Assembly: GCA_000934665.2 (NCBI GenBank)
Contig: KZ538457.1
Coordinates: forward strand, 48,902 to 68,901
DNA length: 20,000 bases
From: Catajapyx aquilonaris
Taxonomy: Eukaryota
Reading direction: 5' to 3'
Shown: piece after piece, positions 1 to 11,613 of the stretch
How the letters are laid out: every line of letters starts with the position of its first letter
Numbering within the stretch: position 1 is the stretch's first letter
Translations under genes and position numbers: made by a program
The notes under the pieces: generated by a model
What the model was told of the DNA's origin: nothing
The model's database searches: none
What the model saw: only the letters and a program-made list of their open reading frames with translations

Positions 1-274
1 AATGGTTCGTGCCCCCTGACCAGTTCACCCGCAGCAAAATTTTAAAAACATCTCAAAATAACAGATTATTCTGGGATTTCTTATGCTCCTCATTGTTAAA
101 CATATGATAAGAGTGTGAAATTCATATGGTAAGTACGTGGTCATCTGGTCACTACTACTGTAGAAGAACAACATCTCAAGTCAAATAGTCTTGGAAATAA
201 TAATCAATCCTTAAATGCCCACTCACATAATTTGGTCATCTTTGAGGTCATTTTTCTCAATGTGGGACTGGACC

Positions 275-519
275 GATTTTAAAGTTACATGTCTTAAAAG
301 AAGCATCTTTCCACGCTTTACCCCAGATATATAAGAACTATTATGCCTCAGAGCGGTTCACCCGCAGAACATTTAAATATCCTCCTATAACCTACTCTAC
401 GTTATTTGGCGCTGTATTTAATGTGTTGCGGGTGAACCGCTCAGGGGGCAGAATAGTTATGATATCTCTGGGGTCAAGCATGGAAAGACGCTTCTTTTAA
501 GACATGTAACTTTAAAATC
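275..519. repeat. Imperfect foldback inverted repeat (~100-bp arms, ~40-bp loop), probably MITE-derived
   Basis: gattttaaagttacatgtcttaaaagaagc...gagcggttcacccgca pairs with tgcgggtgaaccgctc...gcttcttttaagacatgtaactttaaaatc. A related partial copy lies at ~11-35. Confidence 0.8.
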
Positions 520-525
520 ATTATA

Positions 526-1269
526 CAGGGTGTCCCTAAATGATTGTCAACATTTGAAAGTTGCTTAATTTCTATTAGTTGCGGTGTGCAATGACAAGAC
601 AGATATAGAACGAAAGACCACATTTGGGAGTTTTTATTGCACACACTACAAGTGCTCAATATGAGCACCTTTCGTCACACGACATGATAGTCTAATTCTC
701 TACACAGGCCAGCATGTCTGGTGTGATTAATTCCACAGCAGCAACAATCCTGCGTTTCAACTCACACAGGCTGGTAGGTAGCCGTGGTACGAAGACCTGG
801 TCCTTTACATATACCCCCAGAGGAAAAAGTCACATGAGGTGAGATCGGAAGACCTTGGCGGCCACTGGAGAAAAACCAGATCTTACTGACAGGCATGTCC
901 GATCCGGCGATCCTTGCCCTTGCAAAGGCATCCTGTCGTCTGAAACTTCTGGAACCACCGTTGAATGTGATTGTAGATTTGTAGGGAGGGGCGTAACGCC
1001 CTCCGGACTGTCGCCGGAAGGCCTGCTGAACACTAACTACCGAACCAAGCTTTGCAAACTGCAGGACACGGAACGTTTTCTGTTCGGGAGACATCATTTT
1101 GTGTAGTGGCCCTGTGTGCCTCGCGGCAAAGTGCGGAACCAACTTTTCTGTGTGCAATAAAAAACTCCCAAATGTGGTCTTTCGTTCTATGTATGTCTTG
1201 TCATTGCACACCGCAACTAATAGAAATTAAGCAACTTTCAAAAGTTGACAATCATTTAGGGACACCCTG
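526..1269 (-). mobile_element. Internally deleted Tc1/mariner element with long TIRs (rosa/DD41D-like)
   Basis: TA|CAGGGTGTCCCTAAATGATTGTCAAC...GTTGACAATCATTTAGGGACACCCTG|TA with ~120-bp TIRs. The minus-strand transposase remnant at 1097-646 has an N-terminal HTH (MMSPEQKTFRVLQFAK..SVVSVQQAFRR), WPPRSSDLTSCDFFLWGY and a C-terminal CRVTKGAHIEHL*. Confidence 0.92.
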
Positions 1270-1297
1270 TATACAGTAGTAAGGACTACATGACAAT

Positions 1298-1594
1298 AAT
1301 AATTGATACCCCATTATCAGCCCTTTAGGCTTTATTAGGGGGGGATTTCTCCCAATTTTTTTGTCTGGAACTCTTTCCATTTTTACTATACTTTTCATCG
1401 GAATTGAGGCAAGGGTAGGTAAGGAAGGAAGCGGCTGTGGCCTATAATTACGGTAACGACCTCGGAATTATCCTGCGGTGACCATGGGAAGCCACAGAAA
1501 ACCATGATCAGGGTCGCTGGCCTCCGGGATTCGAACCCAGGACCTCCCGATTAGCAGTCGTACACCATACCACTACACCACTACTGCTTCGGTG
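1298..1594 (-). mobile_element. tRNA-derived SINE
   Basis: Minus-strand head with A/B boxes (GGTGTAGTGG...GGTTCGAATCCC) and a short (ATT)n tail. TSD ggactacatgacaat (1283-1297) / ggaccacatgacaat (1595-1609). Confidence 0.88.
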
Positions 1595-2695
1595 GGACCA
1601 CATGACAATGTATCTACCATATTAATTTCACACTCCTAGCATGTGTTTAACAGTGACATTGGACCATCGGAAATGTGGCATTTTTGCACAATAATGCGAA
1701 TTTTTTAGAATTTTTATTTTGCGTTCTAGGTTAAAACCGTTGCCACCACAATATTCCTCATTTCATTCCGGTTCTTTTGATATATATGACCATGGGTTCA
1801 CAACAAGAACTCTACCTGAAATAAATTGTCAGTCCGGCTCCATTGTTGCCGAAAGACGTTGCCATATCTCCGTGGGATTTTCACCTGGGTGGCTCTAATT
1901 TCGTTTTTAGCAACAGCTCATGTGTGTGTACGCACATGATTTTTTATATCAAATTCTGAGATGGTAGAGCCACCAATTTGTCTGTATTGACATGGAATGG
2001 CCCAGCTATTATTATTATTGTTGTTGTTACCGTATATGCACTGTTCATCAGGGATCCAAATTACTTACAAATCCCACTTGCAGACATTTTCAGGAACGTA
2101 AACCCGGTCATAGACCAGGGACTTCCCATACTTGCCTAAAACCAAGCCTAAGGTACTTGCCATCAAATGACTCTGTTGGATACCACTGGGCCCAGAAATA
2201 CTCTGCCATACATTTTCAATGAATAAAGCAGTGTGCATATCACTGATATTATACCTAATTAATAGTTCACTGTCGTACCCCTCAGAACCTCAAAATAATA
2301 GTAAAAATTTTTGGTAGTGCTGACCTCACATGCAGTACCTTAAAATATGACAGTGCCTTTTTTCTATATAGGGGAAGTTATAATATATTCTCCTTAACTT
2401 AGCCAAAAACAGTTCATGAACTATGGAGCAAATGACCAGTGCCCTGGTAAAGTCAGCAGCAGTCTAACCTGACAGACATCCAACAACCTCTTCCCTCAAG
2501 CCCTTCCTCCAGCTTTGAATAGTTTTGAACATGTCTTGTGACTTATCACTTGCCAATGTTTGCTATTGAACATGCTGTATCTGTTTTACTGCTGACCCAA
2601 AGTACCTGCACTTTAAGTACAGCATCTTTAAAATGCCCCTATCAAGGTGAACAGCAACAGGATTGAAATTCATGCCATTCCTTCTTTATTTCCCA

Positions 2696-3314
2696 ACTAG
2701 CTGCGGCACCCGGCGTTGCCCGGGAAGAAATGAATGAAGGGAAAACACCTGCCTGTATCCCCGGCAAAATTTTCACGCACAGAGAGCCGCCATGAGACTT
2801 TTAGGAAGGCCGGGTCCAGCGTTGCCAACCTGTATGGTAAATGTGGGGGCATACGGTAATTAACTGCTTTGTACGGTGTACGGTAATGACATGTACGGTA
2901 TGCGGTAAAATGGCTTTTGTAAAATGAATCATTTCTTTTAAAGAGGCTGTCATTTTCTTTTCCCTGCTTACAGTATAGGAGGATTCCACTGTACGCTGTC
3001 AGTTACATTGACCTAAGGTTGTGCGACCTTGAACCCCAAAGACATATTCATGGTTCTCTAATCACCGCTAAGGTTTCATTGACAACATGGCATGTTTTAA
3101 AATGTATGGTATTTTAGGCGAAATACGGTAATTTTGACTCTCGTGGTACTGTGGCTTCTAGGCGTCAGGTTGGCAACGCTGGCCGGGTCGGAAGGACGGG
3201 AGAGGTTTGAGGTGTAGGAGACGGACCACAGATGGCAGGTGAATGACGTTTGGCCTCCCAGACAGAATCACATCCGTCTTTATTGATATAGAGGAAGATA
3301 TAGAAGATATAGAT
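2696..3314 (+). mobile_element. Non-autonomous Helentron/DINE-1-like element (HINE)
   Basis: Begins ACTAG followed by the hairpin CCCGGCGTTGCCCGGG, has internal inverted ccagcgttgccaacctg / caggttggcaacgctgg, GACG/GACA-rich tracts, and ends ctttattgatatag...atatagat. Confidence 0.7.
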
Positions 3315-3818
3315 ATCCTGAGACAACGATGACAATGAAGACCAAAAAAAAACACCCCACTGTGTATTCCTTAGGTCAGCCCGTAAGAAAACAGTACCCA
3401 TGGCACCAAAACATGGCACGTTATCTGTTCAGAATTCTATCAACAGAGAGATTGTCATTGAAACTTGTAAATTCATAATTGTTACTGCCATCTGCAAATG
3501 ATGTGCTTGCAACCATTTTAAAAACTACATTGTAAATTTAAATTCTCCAATTTCACTTCATCTGGCATTCATTCCAATGCACTCATTAGAGAGGAGGTGG
3601 GATCTCAAGTTCTTCCCATTGGCTTGTGCAAGAGGTATGTTGTGTCAAGTTAAGTTGCCACTGACAATGAGTATAATATGCCTAGGTTTAACCCAAGTCT
3701 CATCATGGGTCCTCTTTTTTCCTAACTAGTATGCAGAGGTCAAACACCAAGCATTCAAAGATATTTCAGGTCATTAATATTATGTAAGGCTTTATATTAC
3801 TTAAGATAGATATTTTAC

Positions 3819-3980
3819 CAGTTCGGTTTCCAGGTAGACTGATTGAAGGCGGAGGAGGAGTAATATCAGCCAACTTTGGAATCCCCATCTTGATATTCTT
3901 GGATCGGAACTGCTTTTGAAGTTTGGGGCTTACAGCATCGGAAGACGAGAACTGCACTTCAGGCTCCTTCTGGACCACAG
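3819..3980 (-). CDS. GABPA: GABP-alpha/Ets97D linker exon preceding the ETS domain
   Basis: gcctag|CT GTG GTC...ACT G|gtaaaa, phase 1 to phase 1. AVVQKEPEVQF...SLPGNRTG ends in PGNRTG, which in GABPA directly precedes NNGQIQLWQFLL of the ETS domain. Confidence 0.92.
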
Positions 3981-4615
3981 CTAGGCATACATATACATCA
4001 ATGATCATCAGTGTCATTATTCTATAACTAAAACAGCAAAACAAATGAAGGAGAATCAAGCAATTCAATTGGTAATATTGGAAAACTCGAAATGACTGTA
4101 TATCCGCATACACATGCAACAATATTGTAGGTTTTGAGTTATTTACACCACTAAGTACTGTATTATCCCTCATAGAGTGGCATGCTGGCAAAAACTGGCT
4201 TGGCCAGATTTGAGAAAACACACTTCTGGTGGCTATACCGGTGTACCGGTATAAGACATGATCAGGCAGTACAGAATAGGGGTTTGTCGATATTTTACCT
4301 GTGATGAGCACTAATTTTTTTTCAGCTGTAAAATGAATGAGAATACACCATAGTGTTGTGTCCTCTTTCCCCCATCAGCATCATCAGTCAAGAATAGCTG
4401 CTGTACATCACTTGCCAAATTTTACATGGTCAACATGGCTCAACTTGATCATTCTCGTAAAAGGTAGTCATGTTAATCCTAAGTAATATGCTCTTCACAA
4501 AGGCATTCTGCCTGTCTTCATGTCACTGGCCACAGAATGTTAGTACCAAGTAGTGCAACCATGTCAGCAACAAATAATGTCCAGGAAGCTAGAAATTTTA
4601 ATTAGCTTCTCTTAC

Positions 4616-5132
4616 CTACAAACTTGCAGCGTTTGAGGAGTTCAAGGTGCATGGTAAAAATGTCCCCAGGGTCCCTTGGAACCCTAGCCTTAACATGATC
4701 AGTAGACATTCGGCACAGCTCTGCTCCAGACATGTCCCAGTCCGCAAGCACCACTCCAGCCAGGTTGAACTGACGCACTGCCCACTGGATCCAGTGCTTC
4801 ACATGTGTTGACGTCCACTCTTCCGGATCATATGGGATTCGCAATCTCTCCTGCTCTCTTCGAAAATCCAGGTCCATTGTCCAGGGAGTTACAACTTGCT
4901 GGGGTTCCTCTTCTTCTATTTGTGGAGCTGTAGCAGCAATTGGTTCAGTTTCTGATACCAACTCATGGTGCTGTGGATGCTCTTCAGCCCCCTCCACCAT
5001 GTCCTCAGCTGGTTTTAACACATCCACAATATTTATCTTGAAGAAGTCATTATCCATTTTTATCTGCACATTTATCTGGACTAGTCCCTCCCCCTGGACA
5101 CACTGGTCCACAAGGTTCTTGTGTGATTCCAA
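4616..5132 (-). CDS. GABPA: GABP-alpha/Ets97D exon, end of OST domain plus Pointed (PNT/SAM) domain
   Basis: ttttttatatag|TTG...GTA G|gtaag. LESHKNLVDQCVQGEGLVQINVQIK...FRREQERLRIPYDPEEWTSTHVKHWIQWAVRQF...MSGAELC...HLELLKR matches the GABPA motif YRKEQERLGIPYDPIQWS...HLELLRK. Confidence 0.96.
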
Positions 5133-5316
5133 CTATATAAAAAAAGCAAGCATCAGAGTGTTACATACTTATAAAAAAAGTTTTAATACTAATAGAATAC
5201 TGTCAACTGGCTGTCTGGTGGATACTCTCCAAGAATGTTTCAATTTTCTAGTCAGGTGCTTACAAGCTACGCATGTGATGAACTGTTTTGCAGCACTCAT
5301 GAGCTACATGCTAGTA

Positions 5317-6051
5317 ATAAATAATAATAAATAAATCCAGGTAGTGCTTGGACCCCTCTTGGGGTATTGCACGGACCTTTATTTACTCACTTGTACAACG
5401 TACACAATTGGAACCTTTGACGAAGCGCCCGGGCCCATGGGCAGGATGACAGGAGGGGATGTGCAAGGTGCAGTGCATGGTTGTAGAAGACTCACGTTAG
5501 GTCACTCCCCACCCACCCCCTGCCGAGGGGTTTTGCAGTGGGTGCTCACCTGAGACCGGCACGAGACATTTCCCAGAGCATTTATGTGGCGACCCTACTG
5601 GACTAAGGCTGAACTTTATAGGTACGAAAGGGGAGGGCTACATTGGGGGGCCCAACATGGCCGCCGCCGGCCATGTTGGGCCAGCATGTAGCGCTTCCCT
5701 TTCGTACCTATAAAGTTCAGCCTTAGTCCGGTAGGGTCGCCACATAAATGCTCTGGGAAATGTCTCGTGCCGGTCTCAGGTGAGCACCCACTGCAAAACC
5801 CCTTGGCAGGTGATAAGCCCAGAAGATAGGGGTAGTGTCCGTGGGCTGGTGCAGTGCAATGTCTTAAACGTGGCCATTTTTAGTGAACTCCCCCGGGTGG
5901 TTTAGTCTGTTGAAAATACCACCCGAGACGAAGCCAGAGGTGACCCTGAACTCTGTACGAGATGAAGGGGGTGTCCCCGGGCTGGGATCAAACCCGGGAC
6001 CTTAACATCGGTGGGCGCGTATGTTACCGCAGCACCACTCCGCCTCCCCGT
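5317..6051 (-). mobile_element. tRNA-derived SINE carrying an internal ~290-bp palindrome
   Basis: Minus-strand head GGGGAGGCGGAGTGGTGCTGCGG...GGTTTGATCCC with a (TTTA/TTA)n tail. Perfect 15-bp TSD agctacatgctagta at 5302-5316 and 6052-6066. Confidence 0.88.
5519..5810. repeat. Near-perfect long palindrome
   Basis: cctgccgaggggttttgcagtggg...caacatggcc pairs with ggccatgttg...cccactgcaaaaccccttggcagg. I counted two mismatches in the outer ~110 bp, and the loop is only a few nt. Confidence 0.95.
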
Positions 6052-6619
6052 AGCTACATGCTAGTATTGTATGAATGTGCTTGACTCACTGTCAGTATCA
6101 AGATGCACGGCAGTGCATCCCGCCAAGTCTAAGCCACTTCCACCGCCACTGACCCAGACCATTCGCCCCTTCTCTCCTTTACTCTTACGTCTCGCGCTGC
6201 CGTGCATCCTTTACTCGAGCTCACTCGCTCTCTACATTTCGGCATTTTCTAGTTCGGCAAAGGGAAATGCTGCAGGGCTGAAATTTTAATACGACAATGG
6301 GGCACACCCAGGGACCCTACAAATAAATTGTCGTGAAATTTGGACCACTAGGTCCGCGCCAGGAGAGGGCCCAAATTGGCCTTTTTTGTCTGATTCATAT
6401 AATATAGGAATGGCGAGAATCAAAAAGATTGGCCAGTTCCAGTTATCGTACAGATCCCAAATTTTGTACAAAAATTGGCCCTCCTCTGAAACCCCCAGGA
6501 AAAGTCTCAAACTGTAAGTCGCCCATCTTGGGTCCAGACTGCAGCCATTCAAACACGAAAAAAATTCAAAAAAAAATACAACAATGCCAATATATGATAA
6601 TTATGTGGTCTCCATAGTA

Positions 6620-7330
6620 CCAATGTATTGACATTGTTGCAAAGAGAATTCTAGAGGCTAGACGTGTCTTTCTCTCACTCTCTGTTCCAGTTGGCTTGGT
6701 TAACGGTGCAGTTGGGTCTGTACTCAGTGTTACATACCACCCCGATTATAGCCACAAAATGTTAAATCCATAAGAATTAAATTTTCAATTGGTCAAGAGT
6801 TAATATACTGGTTAAAACCGATCAAGAGCAAATTTCAAATTATGGCAAACGCATTCATCCATAGGAAACAGTTCCCCTGAACAATAGCTTACGGCATCCC
6901 GATTCACAAGAGCCAGGGTTTGAGCTTAGACATTATGGGCATTGGCTCGTCACTTTTCTGTTGTGGTCAAGCGTATGTGGCCTTGTCTCGAGTCAAAAAA
7001 TTGGCTGAAATTCAACTAACCAACTTCGATCCCACTCAAGTTAAAGCTAACGATGAACCATTTAACGGAATATAACAGACTAAAGGTGCATTCACATATC
7101 CGCGATTCCGTGCCCAGCGACCTATTCTGTGCCCCGTCCATCCACGACGCGCTGACCCCAGCGACGGAGTTCCCGTCCAGTGGATGGGGTCACAATGTAG
7201 TGCCCCAAAGAGCTCTGCTACCGGGCGACACCATGGCCGCGACGTCGGTCGCTCGGGCACGGAGTCGCAGTCGCCGATATGTGAATGCACCTTAAGACTT
7301 AAATTCAGGCCGGACCTTTGCAGTTTCCAA
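6620..7330 (+). pseudogene. Decayed PIF1-family helicase C-terminus of a Helitron/Helentron
   Basis: Motifs GLVNGAVG (6693), RKQFP*TIAYGIPIHKSQGLSLD (~6863-6930), GQAYVALSRV (6965), NFDPTQVKA and EYNRL-RLKFRPDL. Stops, frameshifts and a MITE insertion are present. Confidence 0.88.
7084..7292. mobile_element. PIF/Harbinger-type MITE
   Basis: TAA|AGGTGCATTCACATATC...GATATGTGAATGCACCT|TAA, with a 3-bp TAA TSD. Confidence 0.9.
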
Positions 7331-7519
7331 TTCACTCGTTTTAAGAGGCTCGTCGTGGACAATACTCAAAGTGAATGCAGCGCCAATAGAATCTCGGGAC
7401 ATGGACATTGGCCATACTCCGAGGCAGCTATTCTTGTTATATACACCCAACAATTGACGTTACTTTCTTCGTGTCATTCTTTCATTCAACCTTGATTCAA
7501 CCTAACAAAAAGTAGTGAG

Positions 7520-8241
7520 ATCCCACTCAAAAACGCACTCGTAAAAAAGCGCCAAGTCTTCCGCCGAAAAAAAAAACCTGTGAGATGGTGTCTGGGTGCC
7601 AAGCCTTGTCCACTCCGCCGTACAAAGTCGTGAGATCGTGGTGGACGCCAAGCCTTTCTTCGAGGCTATAAGCTAAGTGAGACGACTTGGCCGGACTTGG
7701 TTCACGGGCACGAGGAACAATGCGATACGCGGTTTAATACAATAGAAAGTAAACTTTCAACACTCATTGGTAGAGCCATTACCCAGAATGGAATATTTAC
7801 TTTTAACTGTCAGTGGTGGAGCAATAACGTAACAACTCCACCTTCAAAGTACACATATATAGTTCCTTGATTCATTAGAATGATTATAAATATACTTGGA
7901 CCTCTGATTCGTATCACAGGAACTACAAAATGTCACCTTCGAACCGCACATGATTACAATCGCGGTTTATTAGACTTGAAAATTGAGTCGTACAGCTAAA
8001 ATTGGGTAACTTGACCAAATTCCAGCGAACTGTACGTGTATTGTTCCTCGTGCCCGTGAACCAAGTCCGGCCAAGTCGTCTCACTTAGCTTATAGCCTCG
8101 AAGAAAGGCTTGGCGTCCACCACGATCTCACGACTTTGTACGGCAGAGTGGACAAGGCTTGGCACCCAGACACCATCTCACAGGGTTTTTTTTTCGGCGG
8201 AAGACTTGGCGCTTTTTTACGAGTGCGTTTTTGAGTGGGAT
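7520..8241. repeat. Long inverted repeat: ~202-bp arms (7520-7721, 8040-8241) with a ~318-bp spacer
   Basis: atcccactcaaaaacgcactcg...cacgggcacgaggaacaat versus attgttcctcgtgcccgtg...cgagtgcgtttttgagtgggat. About two differences seen; no outer TSD. Confidence 0.95.
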
Positions 8242-8539
8242 AAGCATTGTTCTGAATGGACTTTCTCTTTGACTCAAATGCTATCCTCTCTCTATATCAT
8301 CAGCATACAAGTGAAACACACCAACAGCTAAGTCCAACAAACCAAATTCAAGATAATCAAAGCGAAATATTTCATCTTGCCATTGCTTACATTGTAGTGA
8401 TAACAGAAAATCCTGGCTTGCTGACTCCTTATGAATTTGTAGGACTAAATGGACTGACCAGGCAATGAAGGCTTTTAAATGCTTCTCAGTGGCATCAGTC
8501 AACACCTTCAAAATTGGACTTATACGAGTCATTTAAATG

Positions 8540-9468
8540 AAAACAATGGAAGGTCATAGCAAATTGCCAAATGAGTTTCTTGTGGCATATTCTACACAAA
8601 ATGTAGGTGGTACAGTGCTTGACATTAATGATCATCTAAAGGTGTCATTTTCAGCGTATAAAGATGCATTGTCAGACAGGCGTCGCCTACTAACCAACGA
8701 AAATATGCGAAAATATGGAACAACTGCTAGTTTGTTAACGTGCTACCAAATTCCAGGGCCAAGAGTAAACTGTAATGTAAGGGTATTCTTTCCTTTCTTT
8801 TTCTTTCTTTTTTCTTTTTTAACTAGTTTATGACAAGGTCCAGTATTTACCTTTCCTGGGCCATTGAAGGTCCGGACCCCCCGTGTAAAGATATGGATTT
8901 TATATTTTTATATGGTACCACAGGGTTCATTTTTGAAAATAGAAACATGTGCAGCACGGGTAGAAGAGCCTATCAAGACAGGACATATTAAGACATTTTT
9001 GCCCTTTTATGATGTCCTGTACAGGCGCGTAGGCAGAAAAATTTCGGAGGGGCCCCATTTCATAAGCACAAGGTGAACAAACCGTAAAGGGCGGGGAGCA
9101 AGCCCGCCGCAGGCGAAATTTTTTTGCGGGGGTGGAAGGTCACACAAGCTTATGTGAAAGTGGGAGATTTGAATGGGTGTGTATTTGATAAAATTGGTAG
9201 CACTTTTTCCAAAAAATCATGAATTAGTAATTTCTAATGCTACTTCAAACTGTCCTGTATATCATCGCGGTCCGGACAAAATTACGTCGCGGTACGGATC
9301 CGGACCGCGGTCCGCCAGTTGAATAGCCCTGCTGTAATGTATAGGAATGAAAATAAATTATGACCTCCTTGATTTTCACTGCCTATTTAAAAGCCTATTT
9401 TGACTGTTTTCAGGACCTAAATGCCTACCTTTTTGGTGGGTTTTTAGAACCTAAAAATCCGTTCTTTA
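8540..9468 (+). mobile_element. Decayed hAT-like element: C-terminal transposase remnant plus probable right end, with nested fragments
   Basis: SFSAYKDALSDRRRLLTNENMRKY resembles the hAT dimerisation motif ERSFS.YK..LSD.R....ENL. A gccta-repeat-rich terminus lies at ~9380-9468. Confidence 0.55.
9022..9331. mobile_element. hAT-type MITE fragments
   Basis: Left end CAGGCGCGTAGGCAGAAAAATTTCGGAGGGG and a Charlie-like right end gcggtacggatccggaccgcggtccgccagttgaatagccCTG. The two ends are probably from different families. Confidence 0.5.
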
Positions 9469-9546
9469 GACATAACTGTTTTTCACAGCCATACTTTTCT
9501 TGCCGCTTTTCTTATCCAGTCATTATTTTGCTCGTGTGAGACTCAC

Positions 9547-9676
9547 AATTTGTGTATCCTGCAGCCAAAAATTGTAATGTCGAAGGGAAAATCCCATGCG
9601 TTGCTCCAGAAGTGTCCGCAAGGTTGACAAGGGCTCTCTAATGTCCATGAGTTGTGCAATTATAGATCCATCATCC
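9547..9676 (-). CDS. GABPA: GABP-alpha/Ets97D exon, first half of the GABP-alpha N-terminal (OST) domain
   Basis: ttttgtttttag|G GAT GAT...ATT|gtgagt. Translates DDGSIIAQLMDIREPLSTLRTLLEQRMGFSLRHYNFWLQDTQI, resembling human GABPA SQAIDINEPIGNLKKLLEPRLQCSLDAHEICLQDIQ. Absent from the ORF track because it is short. Confidence 0.93.
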
Positions 9677-9789
9677 CTAAAAACAAAATAAAGCATTAAT
9701 TTTCAACTGTAGGGCAGAGAATGGGTTTCTTAATAGTAAAAAGCATGGAACTTCAAACATGTTAATGGGAACCTTCCCAAAAGGCAAAA

Positions 9790-9940
9790 CGACTAATACA
9801 GTTCCAATGCAGAAATTGTGGCTGCTATTAGCACTTGGTGCAGCTCCCCCAGACCTGAGTTCTATGCCAACAGGAGGAAAGAACTAGTACATCGTTGGTG
9901 CAAGTGTATTGCTGTAGGTGGTGAGTAAGTAGAAAAGTAA
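9790..9940 (+). pseudogene. mariner transposase C-terminal remnant
   Basis: SNAEIVAAISTWCSSPRPEFYANRRKELVHRWCKCIAVGGE*VEK* matches the mariner ending FY..GI.KL..RW.KCI...G.YVEK. Confidence 0.8.
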
Positions 9941-10081
9941 ATGCAAGGTACTCCCGATTATCCGGCCTAATGATTGCACGGGCATCGCCAGATAATCGGA
10001 AAACACTGATAATCAGAAAATGGTCCTAGAAACCATAAAAAGTAGCAGTTCAGAGGTTTTTAACGAACTACAGTATACATA

Positions 10082-10600
10082 CGAGGGTCGGTCATAAAGT
10101 TTTAATTATCACCAAGAAAGAAGAGAGCTACTTTCACAGGATTTAGTGGTGGAGTTAGTCCATCTCTACATGACCCATCCAGAGTTACACACTTCTCCCA
10201 TCAATGGATGAGCTGGTGGAGACCTTTGTTGTAGAAGTCCTCTTTCTGGCTGTTCAGCAAGTGCTTCACCTCGAAAATCACACCACAAGCATCCACTGTT
10301 TGCTTTGTTTCTTTGTTTCGGGATCATAATGGTAGACCCAGCACTCATCCATAGCGATCAGCCGTTGAAAAAAGTCACCTGGGTCGGCCTGACACAGCTT
10401 CAACATTTGTGATGCCACATCCTTTCGTTTTTAGCAATGGGGTGAGCAATCACGGCACTCAGTGGGCGGCAACTTTCTTCATGTGCAGTTCATTGTGGAT
10501 GATGTTTAATACTGGCCCATGACTGATGTGGACCTTTGCCATGATCGCTTCAACAGTGATACCCCAATATGTGAGTAGTAGGGCCTCCATGTCTTTAACA
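10082..10600 (-). mobile_element. Decayed, internally deleted mariner
   Basis: TIR TA|CGAGGGTCGGTCATAAAGTT. The minus strand gives IIHNELHMKKVAAH*VP*LLT (WVPR motif), DECWVYHYDPETKKQSKQW and WEKCV. Confidence 0.85.
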
Positions 10601-10683
10601 ATTCCTGGTTTTTCACTGAGAGAGAGAGGGGGGGGGGGGTTGCCAAGGTAGTTTTTACATTAACAAACACTCAGCTGCGAATA

Positions 10684-10855
10684 CAGTTGAATCAGGATAT
10701 AACAGACTCTCTCGGCTATAACGACTTTCGGTTATAGCATACTCGAAAGGCCGGTCCAGGCATACTTCCATATTTGGCTTTTGTATTCGGCTATAACAGA
10801 CCTCAGCTATTGATTACCGCAGTCCCTTGAAGTCTGTTACATACGGATTCAACTG
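10684..10855. mobile_element. pogo/Tigger-type MITE
   Basis: TA|CAGTTGAATCAGGATATAACAGAC...GTCTGTTACATACGGATTCAACTG|TA with internal ggctataac repeats. Confidence 0.85.
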
Positions 10856-10939
10856 TATAAGTTACTTATGTTATGAAGTTAATGAAAATATTTTGTTTTA
10901 TTTTAGAAAAAAAAAAATGCATTTTTATGCAAATGGGGG

Positions 10940-11002
10940 AGGGGCAGGTTACTTGGCATTTATAAAAGGGGGTCGCGACTCGAGAAAGGTTGGGAACCAC
11001 TG
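10940..11002 (+). mobile_element. Solo right end of a hAT-Charlie-type element
   Basis: aaagggggtcgcgactcgagaaaggttgggaaccaCTG followed by ctctaaa, similar to the end at 18848. Confidence 0.65.
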
Positions 11003-11613
11003 CTCTAAACCCTCCACCCAACCACTCCAAAAGTGAGGAATGCAAGCAATGAAGAATCACAATCCCATCATCAAACTAGCAATATTTCTACTCGAACTGA
11101 CATGTCCAATGCAGGTTTTAGGTCAGCTGTGGTTGGAAAAGTCAGAGAGGATGCTAATTTGGTGGAAGAGGAGTATCCCTGAGCTTTTGCAAGATTGCGG
11201 GTGCGGAAAACATCCATGACAGTTCCCAAGTTCTGATGGTAGCTGTACCTTCAACGTCACGACATAGCCAAGGGGTAAATCACTCTTGAAGTCCGTTGTA
11301 CGGTAGGCACCAAGTCCGGGCCCAAGTCCGATCTTTGTCAGGTGGAATGTGAAAAAGTCCGGGATTTTTTAAAAATCACGTCGTTAATCTTGAATAAGAC
11401 GAACTATTTGCCATGCACAATACAATGGTACCATACTTGGTACCACACTTGGCATGATTGCATTAAAATTATTGTGGACATACTAGCAGGAAATCCATCC
11501 GATTTTCGTGCAATTCCTACCACCATATTTATTCAGGCAGAATTTTCGGGACCGGCCTGCAAGGTAGTTCAAAATTGGCAAAAATATATCAAAAATAACA
11601 GCGCCTCAATTAA

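Noticed and set aside
1..3818. ETS DNA-binding domain exon
   Set aside because: No QIQLWQFLLELL-like sequence was found by eye. It most likely lies beyond the window edge, so this is not evidence of gene truncation.
3981..4311. N-terminal part of the 181-aa ORF 3766-4311
   Set aside because: Intronic read-through upstream of the acceptor at 3981; only 3819-3980 is exon.
4999..5334. 111-aa plus-strand ORF
   Set aside because: Antisense to the PNT exon and its intron, with no recognisable motif.
5317..6051. Hammerhead ribozyme within the SINE or palindrome
   Set aside because: No correctly spaced CTGANGA...GAAA core with flanking stems was found by eye.
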